A DNA stretch of 64,000 bases, from NCBI GenBank assembly GCA_035690925.1, contig DASSKB010000141.1:663-64662 (forward strand), written 5' to 3'. Under the pieces are notes generated by a model. The model saw only the letters and a list, made by a program, of their open reading frames with translations. It was not told the origin of the DNA and made no database searches. The translations under genes were made by a program, and so were the position numbers. Below, piece after piece: positions 57,006 to 64,000 of the stretch. The stretch comes from Longimicrobiaceae bacterium (GTDB lineage Bacteria; Gemmatimonadota; Gemmatimonadetes; Longimicrobiales; Longimicrobiaceae). Positions within the stretch are counted from its first letter, which is position 1; each line of letters opens with the position of its first letter.

Positions 57006-57361
57006 TATTCGTCTCCAGTTGATCCTGATAAAGCAGGGAATCCCAGGATGTCCCGGTCGTACCGCGCCGGATCGGTCCGGTACGCCGAAACCCATTCCTC
57101 GAACGTTGGTATTCCCATCTCGACCGCAAGTGTCTGCGCAACCTGCCGAACTACCTCCCAATAGGAAGCGCTTCCCGTGGGAAGCGCAGTTCCAGGGCCG
57201 CTCGCCCGCTGCGCGAGCTCCCATACCTCCTCGTCGGAAAGCGACAGGAAACGTTCAGCGACCTTTGCGGAACACCAGTCGAAGTAGCGGATCCGCAGGA
57301 GGTCTTCGTCCGCGTTTTCGTCGGTCATCGCCCGATGTTGTAGGGAGGCGCGCAGGCTCAT
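57005..57361 (-). CDS. Hypothetical protein
   Basis: ORF only. TAATG overlap with the downstream barrel gene supports translation. I recognise no motif. The start may be ATG 57328 (MTDENADE). Confidence 0.4.
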   Translation of the reverse strand: MSLRASLQHRAMTDENADEDLLRIRYFDWCSAKVAERFLSLSDEEVWELAQRASGPGTALPTGSASYWEVVRQVAQTLAVEMGIPTFEEWVSAYRTDPARYDRDILGFPALSGSTGDE

Positions 57362-57429
57362 GCATGAGTCACACCAGAGTGGCCTGTCCTACAGAGTAGA
57401 CGATTATCGACCGTCCGTCAATGCGCCGA

Positions 57430-57618
57430 CTATCTCATCGACGACTGGACCAGCGAATCGAATATCACCTTCCGTGTCATTCCGTACACGAGAAACTGCT
57501 TCAGGAGCTCCGGCTCCGACCGCTTATAGCGTTCCATTGTTTCCGCCATCTCGGGCGTCAAGTCCAGCGTTACGTGCAAATCTACTGGCCGATTGGGCTT
57601 GGATTCTGCGGTCACCAC
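57430..57618 (-). CDS. Hypothetical small protein, weakly ribbon-helix-helix-like
   Basis: VDLHVTLDLTPEMAETMERYKRSEPELLKQFLVYGM has a strand-helix-helix flavour. GTG start. Coding status is uncertain. Confidence 0.3.
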   Translation of the reverse strand: MVTAESKPNRPVDLHVTLDLTPEMAETMERYKRSEPELLKQFLVYGMTRKVIFDSLVQSSMR

Positions 57619-57837
57619 GATACCTCGAAGACGTGAACGGGGGAGAAACTCGCAAAGGCGATTGGGGGCGGGTACGCACCCCGGGGCCGACCAGTATAAA
57701 AGCGCATCGCCGCGGAGTCAAGGAGAACCGTAAGTCGTTGTAAATAAAGACTTTGCGCGTAAGTTCAAGCGGCGACGCGAGTTACCCTGTCCTGCCGAAT
57801 ACGGCACCAATATTGCGCCTCTTGACACCCCGCTGGC

Positions 57838-60405
57838 CTATGTCCCTAGGAGCTTACCGAGGTCGTTTTCTTGCCCCATCGCGGCCCCCCACAGATCGCC
57901 GACACGCGCGACGCGCGACGGCACAGTCTCAATGGTGAAATCACGGAGGTCGAGATCGTCGGTGAGCTCCGTCCATTCGAGCGGGGTGGAAACTGTAGCA
58001 CCCTTTTTGGCCCGCACCGCATAAACACCGGCGACGGTTTTCCCTAGAATATTCTGGAGGAAATCGACATAAACTGCTTTGGGGGGTCGATTCCTCCGCA
58101 TTCTCTCGACTGTGGCGATAGTGGGGTGATGTTCGGCCACCCTGGTCGCGAGGATCTGGGCCACCAGGGTCGCAGCGTCGAGTGGGGTATGAGGGGGGAG
58201 AGGCAGGAATATATGCAACCCGGAAGAGCCGGACGTTTTTACGGCACCGTTGAGACCCACGGCATCCATCTCCTCGCGAACGCGGCGAGCGACTTCGACG
58301 ACCGTCCTGAATGGCGCCTCCGGGCCGGGATCGAGGTCGATAACGGTATAATCAGCAACCTCAAGGGCGCCTACTCTGGAATGCCATGGATCGTAAGAAA
58401 TCGCCCCCAGCTGAATGGTGTAGAGTAGAGTTGGGAGGTTGCCGCCGACGAAGCGGCGCTGATCCTGGCCGTCTTCCGATCGTAGAATTTCTACCCTAAC
58501 GCCTTCCGGGACGTTATCCGGGGCGGATTGCTGATAGAACGACTTGCCGTTAATCCCATTGGGATATCGCTTCAGTACCAGAGGTCGGTCGTGCATTGCA
58601 GGCAGGATTACCGCCCCCATGTCCCGATAGTATTCGGCCACTTGACCTTTGGTATACCGCCCAGGGGCGGGGAAGAAGACCTTGTCGGGATTGGTGATCT
58701 TTATCACCGAATCATCGTTCGAGTCCTGGACTTCGCTCTCATTGGTCGATGAACCGGGCGGCTCGCGGATGACCTCCGTGGGATCCTTATCGTCTCTAAT
58801 CCCGAGAAAAATCGGTTGCCTGAGCTTACCGTCCTTTGTCCATTCGTTGAACTTTATTTCCACCACGATTTTGGGTGTAACCCAGTGAGCTGTCTCGTTC
58901 GTACGTGGCGCTGGCTTGAAGGGTGACGTCTTCCGCTCAATCCGCTTCATCCGGGAGTACATGTCGGCGAGTGAATCGCGATTGAATCCTCCGCCGGTAT
59001 GGCCCGCGTATACCAACATGCCATCATCATCGTAGTAGCCCAGCAGGAGCGCGCCGAAATACTTGCGTGAGCGGCGGGGTTCTGTGTATCCACCGACCAC
59101 GAATTCCTGGCTGGCTTCCAGTTTGATCTTCAGCCAATCGCCCGAACGCTTACCGGGCAGGTACCTGGAGTCCGTACGCTTGGCGATAATCCCTTCCCAA
59201 TTAATTTGCTTTCCGCGCCGGAGCAGGGCTTCGCCATTCCGCGTAGTTTCGGTTATGCGAAGAGTCGCATTCTCGTTGCTTTCGAGCACCTCCTCGAGCC
59301 TGACGCGCCGCGCTGTCCACGGGTCATGGACGTGAGTTATGTCACCATCAGCTAGGATGTCGAAGGCCATGAATACCGCCGGTGCTTTCTGGGCACCTGC
59401 GGATATAGCATCTCTGCCCTGGACATGCATGCGACCCTGGAGTCGCTCGAAGCGAGCGATGTCTCCGTTGGCGAGCGCGACGATCTCGCCGTCCAGAATC
59501 ACCGGGCGCTCCAGCTTCGCGACGAGTTCGCGGAGAGCAGCAGTGATCTCGGGGAACTGCTTCGCCTTGTCGTTAGCGTTGCGGCTGACGAGGGCCACAG
59601 AGCCTTCCGTGGCAAACGCAAGCACTCGAATCCCGTCGTATTTGGGCTCGTAGGTCCAATCGCCGCTCGTAGGAAGGTTTGCGCTGGTGCTTGCGAGCAT
59701 GGGTGAGACCGCTCCAAGATCGACCGTCGCACCGCCGGTCGACGGAGCCGACTTCGATTTCCGATTGGAGCGCCAGGTTCGCTTTCTTCCCTTTCCGGCA
59801 GCGATTTCCTCCATAGTTCGTCCACTCGCAACAGACGTAACTTCACGCTCTACGATGTCCAGGGATACATCGGCCGTTTCATCGTCATGTTTCATGAGGA
59901 GCCACTGTGGTTTCCTGCCTTCCTCCTTTTTCATACGAACGAGTGCGAAGGACCCTCGCAATCGTTCGCCGCGGAAGGATATGGAAATCTTCCCGCTTCG
60001 CAGATCCTTCCGCATGCGTGCTTCGTCTTTGCCGTCGGCGGCGTCGTCAGCGGTATAGGTCCCGCGATCCCACAGCAGGACTGTACCACCGCCATATTCG
60101 CCCTCGGGTATCGTACCCTCGAAATCGTTGTAATCCATGGGATGGTCCTCGACCTGTACGGCGAGCCTGCGCACCGATGGATCCAGGCTGGGTCCCTTTG
60201 GCACTGCCCAACTTTTCATCACCCCATCGACCTCCAGACGGAGATCGAAATGGAGATGGCTGGCGTCGTGTTTCTGGATTACGAAGGCGAGACCGTCACC
60301 TCGCTTGTGGCGCTTCGATGTGCCCTCTCCAGACGGCTCGGCCGTTCGACGAAAGTCGCGCTTGGCCCGGTAATCTTTAAGCGTACCGCTGGTGCGAGGT
60401 GCCAT
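57838..60405 (-). CDS. ligD: ATP-dependent DNA ligase D (phosphoesterase-ligase-polymerase order)
   Basis: PE domain FVIQKHDASHLHFDLRLE...WAVPKGPS...EDHP. Ligase motif I YEPKYDGIR plus an OB fold. Primase-polymerase domain ITNPDKVFFP...LKRYPNGI...KTSGSSGLHIF. Confidence 0.9.
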   Translation of the reverse strand: MAPRTSGTLKDYRAKRDFRRTAEPSGEGTSKRHKRGDGLAFVIQKHDASHLHFDLRLEVDGVMKSWAVPKGPSLDPSVRRLAVQVEDHPMDYNDFEGTIPEGEYGGGTVLLWDRGTYTADDAADGKDEARMRKDLRSGKISISFRGERLRGSFALVRMKKEEGRKPQWLLMKHDDETADVSLDIVEREVTSVASGRTMEEIAAGKGRKRTWRSNRKSKSAPSTGGATVDLGAVSPMLASTSANLPTSGDWTYEPKYDGIRVLAFATEGSVALVSRNANDKAKQFPEITAALRELVAKLERPVILDGEIVALANGDIARFERLQGRMHVQGRDAISAGAQKAPAVFMAFDILADGDITHVHDPWTARRVRLEEVLESNENATLRITETTRNGEALLRRGKQINWEGIIAKRTDSRYLPGKRSGDWLKIKLEASQEFVVGGYTEPRRSRKYFGALLLGYYDDDGMLVYAGHTGGGFNRDSLADMYSRMKRIERKTSPFKPAPRTNETAHWVTPKIVVEIKFNEWTKDGKLRQPIFLGIRDDKDPTEVIREPPGSSTNESEVQDSNDDSVIKITNPDKVFFPAPGRYTKGQVAEYYRDMGAVILPAMHDRPLVLKRYPNGINGKSFYQQSAPDNVPEGVRVEILRSEDGQDQRRFVGGNLPTLLYTIQLGAISYDPWHSRVGALEVADYTVIDLDPGPEAPFRTVVEVARRVREEMDAVGLNGAVKTSGSSGLHIFLPLPPHTPLDAATLVAQILATRVAEHHPTIATVERMRRNRPPKAVYVDFLQNILGKTVAGVYAVRAKKGATVSTPLEWTELTDDLDLRDFTIETVPSRVARVGDLWGAAMGQENDLGKLLGT

Positions 60406-60604
60406 GGATCCTTCCGGTGGGATGTTGGCGTGCCGTGCGACGATCTCGGGCGCAAGAGCGGTGCCGACCCCGAAGACCTATACCGCGCCTCGACTTGCGG
60501 CCATTGTATACTTGCGCTGAGAGGTTTCTCCGTTCTATACTCCGCACGCATCCCTTACCACCTGCCGTCTCACGTGCTGCGAAACGACCCTCGCGCCGCC
60601 AATC

Positions 60605-61435
60605 ATGTCACACGTAATCGCGATCGCTAATCAGAAGGGCGGTGTCGGCAAAACGACGACCGCCGTCAACCTGGGGGCGAGCCTTGCCGCCGCTGAGCAG
60701 CGCACGTTGGTCATCGATATGGATCCGCAGGGCAACGCAAGCAGTGGACTGGGCGTAGTACCATCACCCACGCGCGCTTCCCTCTACGGTGTTCTGCTGG
60801 ATCTAGCTCCGCTGGGGTCCGCGATAGTCAGATCCGTTCACCTGCCGTTCCTGGACGTGGTGCCCACCACACTGGACCTCGTGGGCGCCGAGGTCGAACT
60901 GGCGGACCAGGCCGAGCGCGAGCTGCGGCTCCGCCGTGCGCTCGACGGGACACGCGATATGTACGACTTCGTGCTTATCGACTGCCCACCGTCCATGGGG
61001 CTCCTCACCCTCAATACGCTCGCCGCGGCCGATAGCGTCCTAATCCCGCTTCAGCCGGAGTTTTTTGCGCTGGAAGGGCTATCTCAGTTCGCCGAAACCA
61101 TCGACCTGGTCCGGCAGTACCTGAACCCCTCGTTGGGTGTGGAGGGTGTTCTTCTCACTATGTATGATGGGCGCTTGAAGCTGGCGCAGCATATTGCCGA
61201 CGAGGCGACCAAGTTTTTTGGGGATCGTACATTCCGGACTGTTATTCCCCGCAACGTGCGCCTAGCGGAGGCGCCTGGCTTCGGCAAGCCAGTCCTGGCC
61301 TATGACATCCTCTCGCCGGGCGCGAAGAGCTATCTCGCCCTCGCCACTGAGCTGATAACGCGTGCTCCGATGTTGCAGGTCGATCGCCACGGGGCCGACG
61401 AGGCACACACTTTGCCAGAGGTGCGGGTTCCTTGA
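60605..61435 (+). CDS. parA: ParA/Soj-family partition ATPase
   Basis: IAIANQKGGVGKTTTAVNL (deviant Walker A), VIDMDPQGNAS, VLIDCPPS, VIPRNVRLAEAPGFGKPV. Confidence 0.9.
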   Translation: MSHVIAIANQKGGVGKTTTAVNLGASLAAAEQRTLVIDMDPQGNASSGLGVVPSPTRASLYGVLLDLAPLGSAIVRSVHLPFLDVVPTTLDLVGAEVELADQAERELRLRRALDGTRDMYDFVLIDCPPSMGLLTLNTLAAADSVLIPLQPEFFALEGLSQFAETIDLVRQYLNPSLGVEGVLLTMYDGRLKLAQHIADEATKFFGDRTFRTVIPRNVRLAEAPGFGKPVLAYDILSPGAKSYLALATELITRAPMLQVDRHGADEAHTLPEVRVP

Positions 61436-61473
61436 GATTGGTCCCAGCACTTAAGAGGGTAGGCAATTCAGCT

Positions 61474-62073
61474 ATGACAAAAACTCGCATTCTTCGATAT
61501 CCCGCCGTCGCGATCGCCATTGCCGCGGCCGCTGTCCTTTCACCGGTGGCATCGTCGGCGCAACTGTTCACACCGACCTACATGTCACCTGTAAGCTCCA
61601 ACGACTTAGGGATTTATGTGAGCGACGGTCCCGGTGAGTTCGCCCTTGAAGGCATCTGGCGCCGGAACATGGGCGGCTACGATTTAGGCCTACGTGCCGG
61701 CCTGGTGGACCTGAACGATGCTGCTGTGACGGTAGGTGCCGAGCTGAGGACGCCGCTGGGACTGGAAACGGCTCCCCTCAATGTAGCTGTAACTGGCGGG
61801 CTCCAGGCGATCGTGGGAGATATCAGCGCAATGGGCGCGCAGGGCGGATTATCGGTCGGTCATACGTTTATCGCCGACGGCTTAAGGCTCACGCCATATA
61901 TCCACCCGCGAATAGCGGTGATCAACGGCTTCGGCCCCGATGACGACTCGGACCTCGAAGTGCTGGCTGATGTGGGCATGGATGTGGACCTGAACTCCGG
62001 ACTGAGTTTCAGATTAGCCCTGGGGCTTGCTGACGAAGGGGCCGATTTCGGATTCGGGATCGCCTGGCGCTAA
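61474..62073 (+). CDS. Secreted beta-rich protein, possible small outer-membrane barrel
   Basis: Signal peptide MTKTRILRYPAVAIAIAAAAVLSPVASSAQ, Gly-rich alternating strands, C-terminal FGFGIAWR. An alternative upstream TTG at 61432 would overlap the parA stop. Confidence 0.5.
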   Translation: MTKTRILRYPAVAIAIAAAAVLSPVASSAQLFTPTYMSPVSSNDLGIYVSDGPGEFALEGIWRRNMGGYDLGLRAGLVDLNDAAVTVGAELRTPLGLETAPLNVAVTGGLQAIVGDISAMGAQGGLSVGHTFIADGLRLTPYIHPRIAVINGFGPDDDSDLEVLADVGMDVDLNSGLSFRLALGLADEGADFGFGIAWR

Positions 62074-62086
62074 CGGCGATTGTCCG

Positions 62087-63070
62087 TCAGGTATCGTTCA
62101 TGAGCACGCCACGCACCCGGGCTCGAGAGCTCACCTGCAGCTTCTCGAGAACCTTGCGGACGTGCTTCTGAACGGTGAAAGCGCTCACACCGAGCCGCGC
62201 CGCGATTTCTGAGTTGGTGCAGCCAGAGACCAACTCTCGCGCGACCTCCGCCTGACGCACCGTAAAGCCGAATCGCTTCCGGAGCTCGGCCGGGTCCGCT
62301 TCCAGCGGAGCCGGCGCTTCGGCGGCAATAAGAATAGCGTTACCGCCGCCGAAAACGGCCTCCGACACCCTGCTGCTACGAAGTCTGTAGGTACCTCCTG
62401 GCGTCGCTACATTGTGTTCGGCGCCGTCAGCCGTGTCGCTGCCATCCTGCCAGCTGCGATTGCGGGCAAGTGACCGGGCGAATCGCTCCATCGATCCGGT
62501 CAAAGCATCTACTCCCCCCGCTCCTTCGGGGACATTTGCGAGCGCCGCGTTCGCGTGCAGGCAGCGCCCGGAATCATCGCAGAGCATAACGGGTTGATTC
62601 AAACCATCGAGCGTTCGGGCCAGCGCTGCACGACCAGAACCAAAACGCCTGCGTAGGTCCACACCCGCCCGGAACGCGGGGTCGAGTGCTCGCATGAGGT
62701 CAGCGACCTCGTCGGTTATGAGCGATGGAGGGCCACAGATTGCGAGGACGGCGCAACCGTCTGCGGTGAACGGCGCGACGAGCGCAACCGACCTACCGCA
62801 TGCGATCGTATCGATATGACAGACCTGGGCAGTCTCAGCGGGACAGTAGCGACGAACAGATTGCTCGAACCCCCTATCGCAGTGCCCCAGCGGCGAGATG
62901 TAAACCGGCGCCGCGCCCTTTTCATCAAGCAAGAATATGGCGGCATCCGCACGGGTAACCTCCAGGAGGTAGCGGACAACGCTGGCGCGCCACGGATCGA
63001 GCAATGCACTCTCGAGTGGTGAAAGTAGCGCGCGTATCAGATTGGCATGCGCGTCGAATCCGTCGCCCAT
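62087..63070 (-). CDS. LuxR-family transcriptional regulator (sensor-like N-terminus + PAS-like + GerE HTH)
   Basis: C-terminal FTVRQAEVARELVSGCTNSEIAARLGVSAFTVQKHVRKVLEKLQVSSR. PAS-like LDGLNQPVMLCDDSGRCLHANAA. Confidence 0.8.
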   Translation of the reverse strand: MGDGFDAHANLIRALLSPLESALLDPWRASVVRYLLEVTRADAAIFLLDEKGAAPVYISPLGHCDRGFEQSVRRYCPAETAQVCHIDTIACGRSVALVAPFTADGCAVLAICGPPSLITDEVADLMRALDPAFRAGVDLRRRFGSGRAALARTLDGLNQPVMLCDDSGRCLHANAALANVPEGAGGVDALTGSMERFARSLARNRSWQDGSDTADGAEHNVATPGGTYRLRSSRVSEAVFGGGNAILIAAEAPAPLEADPAELRKRFGFTVRQAEVARELVSGCTNSEIAARLGVSAFTVQKHVRKVLEKLQVSSRARVRGVLMNDT

Positions 63071-63073
63071 TCG

Positions 63074-63999
63074 CTACGGGTGCAGAACGGTGTGTACCTG
63101 GGCGCGTGACGAAACACGCAGCTTCCCGAGGACATGGGCTGTGTGATTCCGCGCCGTCGTACAGCCTATCCCGAGCTCCGCGGCAATTTCATCGTTATCG
63201 CTGCCACGGGCCAGGAGTCGGGCGACCTGGGTTTCGCGATTTGTCAGACCAAAGTGCTCGTGAAGGATACTATCGTCAGGTGGCTCCCGTCGGATTCGGT
63301 CGACTATCAGGAGCACCCCTCCGAATGGGGTGAGGTTCGAATCGGCAACAACGCTTCTTATCTTATAGGTTCCGCGCGAAGTCGTGATCTCTCGCGCACG
63401 GGTGCTACTTACAAGATCGCCGACCGATCCGGTGCGCGCACGAGCCAGATCGCGCGCTGCGTCCTCGACCACCCGCCGCAAATCAGAGCTCGCAGGATCG
63501 CTGGCCAGGAGAGTCACCATCGCCGTGTTAGCGTGCATCACGCGACCCGCGGCATCGCAGAGCAGCAGTGGGTCAGCGAGGCTATCCAGAATCTGCCCGA
63601 TCCCGTCGGACTGCCCACGCGTAGTGATCCACACGCGTAGACCCGATTGATAGGCGGCGAGCACCATTCGCAGCCGAAGCAGCGTGTCAGCCCGGTAATC
63701 GGTCCCGCGCGAGCGTTCCAGGTTGAAAACGCCGAGGTGCGCGTGTGCGCCAGGCGTCGTGCCTATCTGAACGCCAATATAATCCTGTAGTCCATAGCCC
63801 TTGATAAAATCGTTGTAATACGAGTCATGCCGGATGCGATTCGCTCCTATAACCCCTTCGTAGCTATCGATCCGGGTCTCGCCCGGCTTCACCGCATAGC
63901 CGAGCCACGGATCGAGTGGCCGAAAATGGCGCCTGTAAACATCGCGGCACTCCAGATTGCCGACAGGATCGATCCGGCTCGGTCCGGAGTCGGAGAGCC
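63074..63999 (-). CDS. LuxR-family transcriptional regulator, paralog of the previous gene (probably continues beyond the right edge)
   Basis: LTNRETQVARLLARGSDNDEIAAELGIGCTTARNHTAHVLGKLRVSSR. PAS-like LDSLADPLLLCDAAGRVMHANTA. The frame is open from GTG 63892 up to the window end (…LSDSGPSRIDPVGNLECRDVYRRHFRPLDPWLGYAV). Confidence 0.75.
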   Translation of the reverse strand, partial: LSDSGPSRIDPVGNLECRDVYRRHFRPLDPWLGYAVKPGETRIDSYEGVIGANRIRHDSYYNDFIKGYGLQDYIGVQIGTTPGAHAHLGVFNLERSRGTDYRADTLLRLRMVLAAYQSGLRVWITTRGQSDGIGQILDSLADPLLLCDAAGRVMHANTAMVTLLASDPASSDLRRVVEDAARDLARARTGSVGDLVSSTRAREITTSRGTYKIRSVVADSNLTPFGGVLLIVDRIRREPPDDSILHEHFGLTNRETQVARLLARGSDNDEIAAELGIGCTTARNHTAHVLGKLRVSSRAQVHTVLHP

Positions 64000-64000
64000 G

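Noticed and set aside
60512-60541. Sigma-70-like promoter TTGCGC-N18-TATACT upstream of parA.
   Set aside because: The hexamer match is modest, the 18-nt spacer is suboptimal, and promoter rules for this unidentified lineage are unknown. It is not strong enough to list as a feature.
63334-63343. ggttcgaatc, a tRNA T-arm-like string.
   Set aside because: It lies inside the LuxR-paralog coding frame. I could not fold an acceptor, D or anticodon arm around it. I found no tRNA in any intergenic region.

Overview
High-GC bacterial chromosomal segment (63,999 nt printed). My hand counts of single 60-nt lines run from 45% GC inside ligD to 78% inside the ubiA-family gene. It is very gene-dense: about 65 protein genes, many joined by 1-, 4- or 8-nt start/stop overlaps. 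I found no rRNA, tRNA, CRISPR array, transposase or integrase. Most of the content is housekeeping: dtd (partial), glmS plus a phosphohexomutase, purD, mutM, ppdK, fbp, miaB, glyA, feoAAB, coaD-rsmD-recJ, rsmA and pta. There is also a UbiX/UbiA/UbiD/UbiE-family prenylquinone operon, Fe-S carrier genes (Mrp/Nfu) and P5C dehydrogenase. A rex-headed, same-strand string carries arginine deiminase, thiolase, hbd, acyl-CoA dehydrogenase and Leu-type dehydrogenase genes.

Accessory-looking parts:
- Two decayed toxin-antitoxin loci sit in a lower-GC patch inside the quinone operon.
- A five-gene module encodes an ECF sigma, a ZAS anti-sigma, a bactofilin-repeat membrane protein, a toastrack-like protein and a small membrane protein.
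- An RsbV/RsbW/RsbU-like partner-switching module has no adjacent sigma gene.
- A lower-GC three-domain LigD has no Ku nearby.
- A ParA has no ParB.
- Two tandem LuxR paralogs lie at the right edge.

The least explained signal is non-coding. The heptanucleotide AGCTATC forms short tandem arrays at three separate intergenic sites within 13 kb, one fused to a TCACCTTG octamer array. There are also two unrelated palindromic repeat elements and a perfect Rex operator palindrome.

I do not see convincing evidence for a known or clearly novel defence or mobile system. The candidates below are ranked honestly. All functional calls rest on motif recognition by eye in the supplied translations, not on database searches.
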